DNA of 64,000 nucleotides, from positions 1,056,001-1,120,000 of the forward strand of contig CAVYRF010000002.1 of assembly GCA_963770895.1 (NCBI GenBank). The letters are read 5' to 3'. The notes under the pieces were generated by a model. The model was not told where the DNA came from and made no database searches. It worked only from the letters and a program-made list of their open reading frames with translations. Within the stretch, counting starts at the first letter, position 1. Each line of letters opens with the position of its first letter. Made by a program: the position numbers and the translations under genes. Positions 19,794 to 29,466 of the stretch are shown here, in pieces. Origin of the DNA: an uncultured Acidobacteriota bacterium (lineage in GTDB: Bacteria; Acidobacteriota; Thermoanaerobaculia; Multivoradales; UBA5704).

Positions 19794-20869
19794 TCGAAAA
19801 GCTGGCACAGCTGGAAAAGACCCACTCCGAGCTGACCCAGCGCCTGGCCGATCCGGCGTTGCTCGCCGACCACAAGGCTTACGCCGACACCAACCGCGCG
19901 CTCTCCGAGATCCGCCACGTGGTGGACCTGTACCGGGAGTATTCGGCCGCCGGGCGCCAGCTGGCCGACAACGAAGAGCTGGTCTCCGGCCTGGACAAGG
20001 ACGACGACCTGTTCGCCCTGGCGCAGGAAGAGCGCACCCAGCTGCAGCAGCGCATCGCCCGGCTGGAGCAGGACCTGCGCCGTGAGCTGACGCCCAAGGA
20101 CCCCAACGACGGCCGCAACGTCGTGCTGGAGATCCGCGCCGGCACCGGCGGCGACGAAGCGACGCTGTTTGCCGGCGAGCTGTTCCGCATGTACAGCCGC
20201 TACGCCGAGCGCGAGGGTTGGCGGGTAGAGATCATCGACCTGTCGGAATCCGGCGTGCGCGGCATCAAGGAGGTGTCGGCCATCGTCGAAGGGCGCGGCG
20301 CCTACAGCCGGCTCAAGTACGAGGCGGGCGTCCACCGCGTGCAACGGGTGCCCGAAACCGAAGCGGCGGGGCGCATCCACACCTCGGCGGTCACCGTCGC
20401 CGTGCTGCCCGAGGCCGACGACATTGAAATCGAAATCGAAGAAAAAGATCTGCGCATCGACCGCTTCTGCTCCTCCGGCCCCGGCGGCCAGGGCGTCAAC
20501 ACCACCTACTCGGCGGTGCGCCTGACCCACCTGCCGTCGGGCGTCGTGGTCAGCTGCCAGGACGAGCGCAGCCAGATCAAGAACAAGGCCAAGGCGCTGC
20601 GCGTGCTCAAGGCGCGCCTGCTCGAGATCGAGCGCGAAAAAGCCGAATCGGCGCTCACCGAGGAGCGCCGCCGCATGGTGGGTTCCGGCGACAGGTCGGA
20701 AAAGATCCGCACCTACAACTTCCCCCAGAACCGCGTCACCGATCACCGCATCGGCCTGACCCTCCACCAGCTGCCGGCGACCATGAGCGGCGACCTGGAC
20801 CCCCTGATCGAACCCCTGGTCGCGCACTTCCAGGCACAAAAGATGGAAGAGGCGGCTCGCGCCCACTGA
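19790..20869 (+). CDS. prfA: Peptide chain release factor 1
   Basis: GGQ motif; PxT (PET) anticodon-mimic; [11 protein letters not shown]. Confidence 0.98.
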   Translation: MIEKLAQLEKTHSELTQRLADPALLADHKAYADTNRALSEIRHVVDLYREYSAAGRQLADNEELVSGLDKDDDLFALAQEERTQLQQRIARLEQDLRRELTPKDPNDGRNVVLEIRAGTGGDEATLFAGELFRMYSRYAEREGWRVEIIDLSESGVRGIKEVSAIVEGRGAYSRLKYEAGVHRVQRVPETEAAGRIHTSAVTVAVLPEADDIEIEIEEKDLRIDRFCSSGPGGQGVNTTYSAVRLTHLPSGVVVSCQDERSQIKNKAKALRVLKARLLEIEREKAESALTEERRRMVGSGDRSEKIRTYNFPQNRVTDHRIGLTLHQLPATMSGDLDPLIEPLVAHFQAQKMEEAARAH

Positions 20870-20870
20870 C

Positions 20871-21725
20871 GTGCCACCCGGCGACCTCCGTCTGGGCGAC
20901 GTACTCGGCGAGGCGCGACGGCGGCTGGCCGTGGAGCCCTTCGGCTCGCCGCGCGAAGCGGCCTTGCTGCTCGGCCGGGTGCTCGGCCTGTCCGAAGCGC
21001 AGGTGATGGCGCGCGACGAGATGCCGGTCCCCGCGGCGGCGGCGGCGCGCTTCGCCGCGCTCGTCGAGCGCCGCCGTCACGGCGAACCGGTCGCCTATCT
21101 GACCGGCGAAAGGGAGTTCTACGGGCGGCCGTTCACCGTCGACCGGCGCGTCCTCATCCCGCGCCCCGAAACCGAGCACGTGATCGAAACCGTGCTGGCG
21201 CTGGCGCTGCCGGCGGCGCCGCGCATCCTGGACGTCGGCACCGGCTCGGGTTGCCTGGCCGTCACCCTGGCGCTGGAGCTGCCCGCGGCGCGGGTCGTCG
21301 CCAGCGACCTGTCGCCGGCGGCGCTGGCGCTCGCCGCCGGCAACGCCCGCCGCCACCAGGTGGCGGCGCGGGTGCACATGGCCGCCAGCGACCTCACCGC
21401 GGCGCTGGCCCTGGAACGCTTCGACCTGGTGGTCAGCAATCCGCCCTACGTCGACCCTGAAGACGCTCCCCGCCTGTCGCCGGAGGTCGTCGCCTTTGAG
21501 CCGGGGCTGGCGCTGTTCGCGCCGGACCACGGCCAGGCCGTGATGGCGCGCCTGTTCGCCGCGGCGGCCGCCCTGCGGCCGGGCATCTACCTGGCGGTCG
21601 AGATCGGCGGCGGCCAGCTGGATTCCTGTCAGCGGATGGCCGCGGCGGCCGGTCTGACCATCCACCAGGTGCGGCGCGACTACGCGGGGCTGCCGCGAGT
21701 CCTGGTGCTGTCGCACCCAGGGTGA
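20871..21725 (+). CDS. prmC: Release factor glutamine methyltransferase
   Basis: VLIPRPETE, DVGTGSG, SNPPY. Confidence 0.96.
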   Translation: MPPGDLRLGDVLGEARRRLAVEPFGSPREAALLLGRVLGLSEAQVMARDEMPVPAAAAARFAALVERRRHGEPVAYLTGEREFYGRPFTVDRRVLIPRPETEHVIETVLALALPAAPRILDVGTGSGCLAVTLALELPAARVVASDLSPAALALAAGNARRHQVAARVHMAASDLTAALALERFDLVVSNPPYVDPEDAPRLSPEVVAFEPGLALFAPDHGQAVMARLFAAAAALRPGIYLAVEIGGGQLDSCQRMAAAAGLTIHQVRRDYAGLPRVLVLSHPG

Positions 21726-21781
21726 CAGAATCGCCGGGCGCAGGTTGATCGCCGCTCCCACCCACACGAGACCGACACGCC

Positions 21782-23122
21782 ATGGATAAGTTCCTGATCA
21801 CGGGGCCGACCCCGCTCCGCGGCCGGGTGCGGGCCAGCGGCGCCAAAAACGCCGCGCTGCCGGCCCTCGCCGCGGCGCTCCTCGCCGGCGAACCGATCAC
21901 CCTGCACCGGGTGCCGCGGGTGCGCGACCTGCGCACCATGCGGCGGCTGCTCGACCACCTGGGCGTCGGCGCCGACGAAGCCCCCGCGCCCGCCGGCGGC
22001 CACCCCGGAAACGACGGAGACGGCGGCGGCGGGGACGACGCCGGCGGCGCCACCCTCACCCTGCACCGCGACCGTCCGAACCAACCCGCCGACGCCCCCT
22101 ACGACCTGGTCAAGACCATGCGCGCCAGCGTGCTGGTGCTGGGGCCGCTCGTGGCGCGCTACGGCTTTGCGCGCGTCTCGCTGCCCGGCGGCTGCGCCAT
22201 CGGCGTGCGGCCGATCGATCAACATCTCAAGGGCCTGGCGGCGCTCGGCGCCGACGTGCGCCTGGAGCACGGCTACGTCGAGGCGCGGGCCGACAGGCTC
22301 GCCGGCGCCACCTTCCGCTTCGACATGGCGACGGTCACCGGCACCGAGAACCTGCTGCTCGCCGCCTGCCTGGCGCGCGGCACCACGGTGCTGCACAACT
22401 GCGCCTGCGAACCCGAAGTGGTCGACCTGGCCCGCCTGCTCAACGCCATGGGCGCCCGCATCAGCGGGGCGGGGCAGGAAACCATCGTCATCGAAGGCGT
22501 CGACGAGCTGGGCGGCGCCGTCCACACCGTCATCCCCGATCGCATCGAAGGCGGCACCTATCTCATTGGGGCCGCGCTGACCGGCGGCGACGTGCTGCTC
22601 GAAGGCGCCCAGGCCGCCGATCTGGCGCCGCTGCTGGACAAATTGGCGGCGATCGGAGTCGGCATCCAGGTCACGGACCAGGGGATCCGCGCCAGCGCGG
22701 CGCGCGCCGACGGCCGGCTGCGGGCGGCCGACGTCGCCACCGCCCCGCATCCCGGCTTCCCCACCGACCTGCAGGCCCAGTACATGGCGCTGATGACCTG
22801 CGCCGAAGGGGTGGCGACGATCCGCGAAACCGTGTTCGAGAACCGTTTCCAGCACGTCCCCGAGCTGGCGCGGATGGGCGCCGACATCGCCGTCGAAGGC
22901 GCTGCGGCGCGCGTCACCGGGGGCACCCAGCTGGCCGGTGCGGCGGTCATGGCGACCGATCTGCGCGCTTCCGCATGCCTGGTGCTCGCCGCCGTCGCCG
23001 CCACCGGCAGGAGCGTCGTCGACCGCATCTACCACCTGGACCGCGGCTATGAAGGCATGGAACTGAAACTGCAGAAGCTGGGCGCGCAAGTCGACCGGAT
23101 CGCGGGGGCTGAGACCGCCTGA
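21782..23122 (+). CDS. murA: UDP-N-acetylglucosamine 1-carboxyvinyltransferase
   Basis: [16 protein letters not shown] (catalytic Cys retained), [14 protein letters not shown]. Confidence 0.98.
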   Translation: MDKFLITGPTPLRGRVRASGAKNAALPALAAALLAGEPITLHRVPRVRDLRTMRRLLDHLGVGADEAPAPAGGHPGNDGDGGGGDDAGGATLTLHRDRPNQPADAPYDLVKTMRASVLVLGPLVARYGFARVSLPGGCAIGVRPIDQHLKGLAALGADVRLEHGYVEARADRLAGATFRFDMATVTGTENLLLAACLARGTTVLHNCACEPEVVDLARLLNAMGARISGAGQETIVIEGVDELGGAVHTVIPDRIEGGTYLIGAALTGGDVLLEGAQAADLAPLLDKLAAIGVGIQVTDQGIRASAARADGRLRAADVATAPHPGFPTDLQAQYMALMTCAEGVATIRETVFENRFQHVPELARMGADIAVEGAAARVTGGTQLAGAAVMATDLRASACLVLAAVAATGRSVVDRIYHLDRGYEGMELKLQKLGAQVDRIAGAETA

Positions 23123-23195
23123 CGCCCGCAGCGCCGCGCACCCGGCCCCCGGCATCCAGCATTACCGCCGTCCGGCAAGACGCCTTGCCGCAACC

Positions 23196-25457
23196 ATGCT
23201 CGCCGCCGCCCTCCCTCTCGTCCTCGCCCTCACCGGCGCCGATCCGCGCCCCACGCTGGCGGCGCTGCAGCTCGCGGGGCGGCCGGCCGACGCCCTGGAG
23301 CGGGTGCAGCAGGAGCTCGCGACGCAGCCCGCCGCCGTGCGGCCGCTGGGCTTTGACTACCTGCGCGGGCACCTGCTGGAGACGCTGGGGCGCGGCACCG
23401 ACTCGGGGCCGGCGTTCGTCGACGCCATCTCGACGGCCCCCAGGCTCGCGTCGTATTGCCGCTATCGCCTGGCCACCCAGCAGGTGCAGCTCGGCCATCC
23501 CGAGGTGGCGGCCGGCCTGCTCGCCACCGGGCTCGCCGCCGACCCGTCTTCCCAGCTCGCTCCCGATGAAGTCCGCCTGCTCATCCAGACGCTCGGCCGC
23601 GGCGGCGACTGCCGCCTGCTGCGCGGCTTCCGCACCCGGCAGCTGGCCGCCCCCGAGCGGCGCGAAGTCCTGCTGGCGCAGGCGGAATGCGACCTGCGCG
23701 CCGGCGCCGCCCAGCCGGCGCGCGCCCTGCTCGTCGCGCTCCTCGACGAGAACCACGAAGACGACGTGGCGCGCCGCGCCGCGGACCGCCTGGCGCCGCT
23801 GGTCGCCGACGAGCGAGCGCGCCTGCCGCTGCTGCTCAGCGCCACCTTCTTCGAGCACCGCGAATTCGACCGCTCGGTGCGGCAGCTGGCGCGGGTCTTC
23901 GCCCTGATCGGCGTCAAGGGGCGGTCGCCCTCGGCCCACGAGCTGGCCGAGGCGCGCTACAGCCTCGGCCGCGCCGCCTTCTGGGAAGGCCACTTCGACC
24001 AGGCGGCGCGCACCTTCGGTGACGTCGCCGAAGGCGCCCCCAGCGCCGCCGAGCGAGCCCGCGCCATGCTGCAACAGGGGCGCAGCTACGAGATGCTCAC
24101 CGACTGGAAGCGCGCCGCCGCCAGCTTCCGCCTCGCCTTCCTCGCCGAACCCGCCGGCGAATGGGCGGCCTCGTCACTGCTCGAGACCCTGCGCGTGGAA
24201 TGGCGCGGCGGCAACGAAGCCACCGGCGCTTCGCTCCTGGCCATGCTCGGCACCAGCCCGCGCTGGCGCGACTCGGCACGCCGCGCCGCCCTCTTCCTGG
24301 CCGCCTCGGACCTGGTGCGCGGGCGCGGCGACCGCGCGGGCGCCTGGCTCGACCGCGCCGCGGCCGGCGGCCCCGACGAAGAGCGCCCCGAAATCGCCTA
24401 CTGGCGCGGCCGCCTGGCCGAGATCCGCGACCAGCCGCGCGACGCCGTGGCCGCCTACGTCGACGGCCTGCAAGCCGACCTCTACCATCCCCTGTCGCGC
24501 GCCGCCCTGGGCCGCCTGGGCAGCGGCGCCCTGGCCAACGCCGCCCGCGCCGAAGGGCGCCGCCTGGCCTCCTCCCGGCACCCCCGCGACCTCTACGCCG
24601 CCTGGCTGCTGCTCGGCGCCGACGACCCCAGCGGCCGCATCGCCGAGCACCGCCTGCGCAGCCAGCTCCTCGCCGACCCCAACACCGCCCCCTTCCTGCG
24701 CATGAGCGAAGTGCCCATCGACAGCTGGCCCCTCTGGACCGCCACCCTGCGCCGGCCCGAAGACACCCTGCTTGCCCTGGGCCTCTGGCACGAAGGAGCA
24801 CCCGCCGCCCGCGAGCACTTCCCCCCCACCGACCCCGCCCTCGCCCTCACCGGCTGCACCCTGCTCGCCCGCGCCGGCGAAACCCCGCGCGCCATCCTCC
24901 TGGCCGAAGCCCTGCGCGACCGCGTGCCCGCCGACCTGCCGCCGGTGCTCCTCCCCTTCGGCTTCCAGCAGTGCCTCTACCCGCTCGCCTATCGCGAACC
25001 CCTCTTCGCCGAGGGCCGCCTGCGCGGCGTCGACCCCTACCTCATGGCCGCCCTCATCCGCGTCGAAAGCCGCTTCGACCACCTGGCCCTCTCGCCAGGA
25101 GCCGCGCGCGGCCTCACCCAGTTCGTCCTCGCCACCGCCGCCCACGTCGCCGCCGGCCTGGGCATGGACCACCTGGACCCCGACGACCTCTACCGCCCCG
25201 AAGTCGCCATCGACCTGGGAGGCGCCTACCTCGCCCAGCTCCTCCGCACCTTCCGCGGCACCCCCCAAATCGCCATCGCCGCCTACGACGCCGGCGAAAC
25301 CCAAGCCGCCCTCTGGCGAGCCTACTGCGTCAGCCGAGAGCCCGAGGAGTACTTCACCAAAATCGGCTTCCGAGAAACCCGCCTCCACGTAGCCCAAATC
25401 CTATCCACCTGGTCCCGCTACCAACACCTCTACTCCGCCCCACCCACAGCCCCCTGA
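23196..25457 (+). CDS. Soluble lytic transglycosylase (TPR/helical region + SLT domain)
   Basis: IRVESRF (catalytic Glu), GARGLTQF, AAYDAG, IGFRETR; N-terminal signal-like segment. Confidence 0.88.
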   Translation: MLAAALPLVLALTGADPRPTLAALQLAGRPADALERVQQELATQPAAVRPLGFDYLRGHLLETLGRGTDSGPAFVDAISTAPRLASYCRYRLATQQVQLGHPEVAAGLLATGLAADPSSQLAPDEVRLLIQTLGRGGDCRLLRGFRTRQLAAPERREVLLAQAECDLRAGAAQPARALLVALLDENHEDDVARRAADRLAPLVADERARLPLLLSATFFEHREFDRSVRQLARVFALIGVKGRSPSAHELAEARYSLGRAAFWEGHFDQAARTFGDVAEGAPSAAERARAMLQQGRSYEMLTDWKRAAASFRLAFLAEPAGEWAASSLLETLRVEWRGGNEATGASLLAMLGTSPRWRDSARRAALFLAASDLVRGRGDRAGAWLDRAAAGGPDEERPEIAYWRGRLAEIRDQPRDAVAAYVDGLQADLYHPLSRAALGRLGSGALANAARAEGRRLASSRHPRDLYAAWLLLGADDPSGRIAEHRLRSQLLADPNTAPFLRMSEVPIDSWPLWTATLRRPEDTLLALGLWHEGAPAAREHFPPTDPALALTGCTLLARAGETPRAILLAEALRDRVPADLPPVLLPFGFQQCLYPLAYREPLFAEGRLRGVDPYLMAALIRVESRFDHLALSPGAARGLTQFVLATAAHVAAGLGMDHLDPDDLYRPEVAIDLGGAYLAQLLRTFRGTPQIAIAAYDAGETQAALWRAYCVSREPEEYFTKIGFRETRLHVAQILSTWSRYQHLYSAPPTAP

Positions 25458-25588
25458 TCGGCCGCGGGATAGGGGAGCGGGCGGCGCGGAACAGCGAGCA
25501 GCATGCACTACAGTATTGAGAGAACCTTGTGTCCAACCCTGGCATGTTGCTCGGGATGTGGGAGTGGCTCAAGGCGAGGAGATCGAAC

Positions 25589-25996
25589 ATGAACAGAAGG
25601 TTGTCCTTGTGCTTCGGTCTGGTGCTCTTCTGTCTGGCCGCCGCCATGGCCCAGCAACCCGCCGTGGCGACCGCCACCGCACCGACGCCGGCCGTCGCAG
25701 CCGATCGGGCCGCTCCGGCAGCCCCCGCCGCTGCCGCGGCGCCCGCTCTGGCGGCTATCCTGGGATTCGAGCCGGCGGTCGCATGCCCGGCTTCGGCGGC
25801 GACGACGGCGGCACCCTGGGACTCCAAGGCTGGCATCCCGCAGCCGATCAACCTCGCCTGCACCTGCTCGCCGACTCGGGCACAGTGCGAGGCGATGTGC
25901 AATGCGGACGGTCCGAACTGCACCGCGACCTACTCCTGCTCGGTGAGCTGCCACGTCTCTTGCGTCTGTCACGAAGGCGCCGGCTTCTGCGACTGA
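25589..25996 (+). CDS. Secreted Cys-rich pre-pro-peptide (defensin-like)
   Basis: GAGGAG RBS; signal MNRRLSLCFGLVLFCLAAAMA; Ala/Pro-rich spacer; 10 Cys in the last ~45 aa. Confidence 0.8.
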   Translation: MNRRLSLCFGLVLFCLAAAMAQQPAVATATAPTPAVAADRAAPAAPAAAAAPALAAILGFEPAVACPASAATTAAPWDSKAGIPQPINLACTCSPTRAQCEAMCNADGPNCTATYSCSVSCHVSCVCHEGAGFCD

Positions 25997-26113
25997 GCGC
26001 GCCGCCGGAGCGCTGCCTCTCATAGGGGGCCAGGCCGCGCCGGACCTGGGAATCGAGGTGACGGTCGTGGCCGACGCGGGCTGACCTGCGAAGCCGGCCA
26101 AGCGGAAAGGCGG

Positions 26114-26944
26114 TCAGCCGGGCGGCGGGGTGGCAGGTTTGGCGGGGGGCGGGGTGACGTCTTTGCCGGGGCGGGTGCCGGGGGGGAGGGGTGGGGCGTC
26201 GGGTTTCTTGCTCAGGTCGATGCGCTTGACGACGGGGGGGAGGGGGCCGGCGGGGCGGTCCAGGAACGTGGAGATGGTGGCTTTGCTGCGCAGGTCTTCG
26301 GTCCAGCGGTCGAGCTCTTCGGTCAGGCGTTGCTGGCGCAGGACGGCGCGGATGGGGTCGCGTTCGTCGTCCAGGGGCGGCACGGGCAGGTGCTGCTTTT
26401 GCAGCTGCGGGGTGAGGACTTTCTTGTAGTAGGCGGCGATGTCGTCCAGGGTGACGAAGACCTGCGGGCCCAGGCGCTCGTCGACGAAGGTCAGGACGCC
26501 CAGCTGGCGGGCCATCATCTGGCGCAGGCCGGCTTCGTCCAGGCCGACTTCTTTGAGTTTTTGGCGGAAGGTGGCGTCGTCCTTGAAGCGGACGCGGATG
26601 TCGGCGACCTGCTTTTCGATCTGGTCGACCGGCACCTGTTCGAGGCCGAAACGGTCGATCTCGTGGAAGCGCAGGCGCTGGGCGATGAGGGAGTCCAGCA
26701 GGCGCCGGCGGAAGGCCGCGGGGGCTTCACCGGGGTTGGGCTGCAGCAGGCCGACGACGGCCGCGCGGTCGAGATCGGACGCCAGGATGGGATCGCCGTC
26801 GACCACCGCCATGACGCGGTCTTTGAGCTGGTTGGGAGAGGCCGCGGGGGGGGCGGCGGGAGCGGCGGCGGCAGCGGCGGATGCGCCCGTCGCGAGCGCC
26901 AGCGCGAGCAGCAGGTGCGGGGCCGGGAACGCCATGGCCGCCAT
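26114..26944 (-). CDS. SurA N-terminal-like periplasmic chaperone without an obvious parvulin domain
   Basis: Signal peptide; DRVMAVVDGDPILASD, LDSLIAQRL, WTEDLRSKATI; ATG 26935 is an alternative start. Confidence 0.78.
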   Translation of the reverse strand: MAAMAFPAPHLLLALALATGASAAAAAAPAAPPAASPNQLKDRVMAVVDGDPILASDLDRAAVVGLLQPNPGEAPAAFRRRLLDSLIAQRLRFHEIDRFGLEQVPVDQIEKQVADIRVRFKDDATFRQKLKEVGLDEAGLRQMMARQLGVLTFVDERLGPQVFVTLDDIAAYYKKVLTPQLQKQHLPVPPLDDERDPIRAVLRQQRLTEELDRWTEDLRSKATISTFLDRPAGPLPPVVKRIDLSKKPDAPPLPPGTRPGKDVTPPPAKPATPPPG

Positions 26945-26963
26945 GCTAGCATCCGTCGTCAGG

Positions 26964-27815
26964 ATGGCTGACATCCCTTCCCGGCTGACCGTCGGACTCG
27001 CCCAGATCGATTGCCGCCTGGGCGATATCGCGGGCAACGTCGAGCGGCACCTGGACTGGATCGAGCGGGCGCGGGCGGACGGCGTGGACCTGCTGGTGTT
27101 CCCCGAGCTGTCGCTGACCGGCTATCGGCTGCTGCATCTGACGCCGCGCGTGGCGCTCGCCGCCGACTCCGGCGAGCTGGCGCGCCTGGCCGCGGCGGCG
27201 GGGGACATGGCGGTGCTCGCGGGCTTCGTCGAAGAGGGCCCGCGCGGGGCGCTCTACAACAGCGCGGTGCTGCTGTCACAGGGGCGCGTCAGGGTCGTCC
27301 ACCGCAAGCTCTACCTGCCGACCTACGGCATTTTTCAGGAGCATCGGTTTCTCACCGCGGGGCGCCGCCTCGACCTGCTGGGCCTGCCCTGGGGCACCGC
27401 GGGGGTGCTGATCTGCGAAGACCTGTGGCACCCCGAGCTGGCGCGCCGCCTGGCGCTGGGCGGCGCCCGGCTGATCGTGGTGCCGTCGGCCGGGCCCGGC
27501 CGCATCGGCGCCGGCGAGGTGCCCGAAAGCGCCGAAAGCTGGGAGCTGCTGACCCGCTCCGCCGCGCTGCTCAATACCTGCTGGATCGTCTACGTCAACC
27601 GCGTGGGCTGGGAAGAAGGATCGTTCTACACCGGCGGCAGCCACGTGGTGCGGCCCGGCGGCGACCTGGTGGAGCGCGCGCCGTTCCTCGCCGAGCACCT
27701 GCTGACGATGCAGATCGACCTGCGCGACGCCGATCGTCTGCGCTGGAAGCTGCCGCTGCTGTCCGACGACCGCAGCGACATCACCGGCCCGGCGGCGCCT
27801 CAGGAGACACCGTGA
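26964..27815 (+). CDS. Nitrilase-fold glutaminase subunit of NAD synthetase (carbon-nitrogen hydrolase)
   Basis: E-K-C triad: FPELSLTGY, HRKLYLPTYGIF, LICEDLW; GTGA overlap with nadE. Confidence 0.88.
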   Translation: MADIPSRLTVGLAQIDCRLGDIAGNVERHLDWIERARADGVDLLVFPELSLTGYRLLHLTPRVALAADSGELARLAAAAGDMAVLAGFVEEGPRGALYNSAVLLSQGRVRVVHRKLYLPTYGIFQEHRFLTAGRRLDLLGLPWGTAGVLICEDLWHPELARRLALGGARLIVVPSAGPGRIGAGEVPESAESWELLTRSAALLNTCWIVYVNRVGWEEGSFYTGGSHVVRPGGDLVERAPFLAEHLLTMQIDLRDADRLRWKLPLLSDDRSDITGPAAPQETP

Positions 27816-28690
27816 CCGACCGCGCTGATCGCGTCGATGGCGTCGATGGCGCCGACCGCGCTGATCGCGAGCAGGCCGCCCGCCGCCTGACGCTCAACGC
27901 GCCGCTCGCGGTTGCGGTGCTGACGGACTTCATTCGCGATGCGGTGGCCAACAGCGGCACCCGCGGCGTCGTGCTCGGGCTGTCCGGCGGCGTCGATTCG
28001 GCGCTCGCCGCGGCGCTGGCCGCCGCCGCCCTGGGGCCGGCCGCGGTGCACGCCCTGCTGCTGCCCTACCGCACCTCGCATCCGTCGTCGGAAGCCGATG
28101 CCCGCGCCGTCGCCCTGCAGCTGGGGGTCGACCACCGGGTGATCGACATCTCGCCGATGATCGACGCCTATTTCGCCGTCGAAACCGGCGCGTCCCCGGC
28201 GCGGCAGGGCAACAAGATGGCGCGCGAGCGGATGACGATCCTGTTCGACCAGGCCAAGAAGCTCGACTGCCTGGTGCTCGGCACCTCCAACAAGACCGAG
28301 ATCCTGCTGGGCTACTCGACGGTCTTCGGCGACAACGCCAGCTCGCTCAATCCGCTGGGCGACCTCTACAAGCGCCAGGTGTGGCAGCTGGCCCGGCATC
28401 TCGGCCTGCCGCCTCAGGTGCTGTCCAAGGCGCCGTCCGCCGACCTGTGGCCGGACCAGACCGACGAATCCGAGCTGGGCGTGACCTACCAGGTGGCGGA
28501 CGAAGTGCTCTGCCTGCTGTTCGACCTGGGGCTGCGGCCGCCCGAAGTGGTCGAGCGCGGCTACGCCGCCGCGGCGGTCGACCGCATCGTCAAGCTGGAG
28601 GCGGCCAATCGCTTCAAGCGCCGCCTGATGCTGATCGGCCGGCTGTCGGGCAGCGCCATCAATCTCGACCAGGAGATCCCGCGCGACTGA
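27812..28690 (+). CDS. nadE: NAD+ synthetase (synthetase domain only)
   Basis: LGLSGGVDS PP-loop, GNKMARERM, GTSNKTE, KAPSADLW...DESELG. Confidence 0.95.
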   Translation: MTDRADRVDGVDGADRADREQAARRLTLNAPLAVAVLTDFIRDAVANSGTRGVVLGLSGGVDSALAAALAAAALGPAAVHALLLPYRTSHPSSEADARAVALQLGVDHRVIDISPMIDAYFAVETGASPARQGNKMARERMTILFDQAKKLDCLVLGTSNKTEILLGYSTVFGDNASSLNPLGDLYKRQVWQLARHLGLPPQVLSKAPSADLWPDQTDESELGVTYQVADEVLCLLFDLGLRPPEVVERGYAAAAVDRIVKLEAANRFKRRLMLIGRLSGSAINLDQEIPRD

Positions 28691-29466
28691 TGGTCCGGCA
28701 CGCGCGGCCACCTCGCCAACCGATCCCGCCGCAGCCGCCTGCCGGCGACGCGGCGGACGTGGCACGCCCGGCAGCCGGCCGCGGCCGCCTGCTGGTGGTC
28801 GCCACCCCCATCGGCAACCTGGGGGACCTGTCGCCGCGCGCCCGCGACGCCTTCGCCGCGGCCGACGTGGTGGCCTGCGAGGACACCCGCCGCACCGGCC
28901 AGCTGCTCAACCACCTGGGCCTGCGCCGGCCGCTGCTGTCGCTGCACGAACACAACGAACGCCGCCGGCTGCCGCAGCTGGCCGACGCGCTGGCCGCCGG
29001 ACGGGTGGTGGCCCTGGCGAGCGACGCCGGCACGCCGCTGCTCTCCGATCCGGGGTACCTGCTGGTGCGCGAGGCGGCCGCCCTGGGGGCGAGCGTCGAG
29101 CCGATTCCCGGCCCGTCGGGCGTGCTGGCGGCGCTGGTCGCGTCGGCGCTGCCGCCCTACCCCTTCACCTTCGCCGGCTTCGCGCCGCCGCGGCAGGGCA
29201 AGCGCCGCACGTTTTACCGCGCCTGGGCGGGCCTGGGCCACACCCTGGTGGTGTTCGAAACGCCGCACCGCCTGCTGGCCAGCCTCGCCGATGCCCTGAG
29301 CGAGCTGGGCAACCGCCCGGCGGCGGTGGCCCGCGAGCTGACCAAGCTGCACGAAGAGGTGGTGCGGGCGCCGCTCGCCGACCAGCTCGCGCTGTGGGGA
29401 GAGCGGCCGGCGCTCAAAGGCGAGTTCGTGCTGGTGCTAGGCGGCGTACGGGAGGATGGCGAGTGA
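28690..29466 (+). CDS. rsmI: 16S rRNA C1402 2'-O-methyltransferase
   Basis: VATPIGNLGDLS, CEDTR, SDAGTPLLSDPG, RELTKLHEE. Confidence 0.96.
   Translation: MVRHARPPRQPIPPQPPAGDAADVARPAAGRGRLLVVATPIGNLGDLSPRARDAFAAADVVACEDTRRTGQLLNHLGLRRPLLSLHEHNERRRLPQLADALAAGRVVALASDAGTPLLSDPGYLLVREAAALGASVEPIPGPSGVLAALVASALPPYPFTFAGFAPPRQGKRRTFYRAWAGLGHTLVVFETPHRLLASLADALSELGNRPAAVARELTKLHEEVVRAPLADQLALWGERPALKGEFVLVLGGVREDGE

Noticed and set aside
25540-25556. TGGCA...TTGC as a sigma-54 promoter for the Cys-rich peptide
   Set aside because: The GG-to-GC spacing is not the required 10 nt.
25589-25996. Ranthipeptide/lanthipeptide precursor
   Set aside because: It has a Sec signal and an even Cys count in the core, with no radical SAM or Lan enzyme nearby; a disulfide-bonded peptide is more parsimonious.
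27011-28690. 559-aa ORF suggesting a fused glutaminase-NadE or programmed frameshift
   Set aside because: The N-terminal half is off-frame nonsense; nadE has its own RBS and a GTGA-coupled start.
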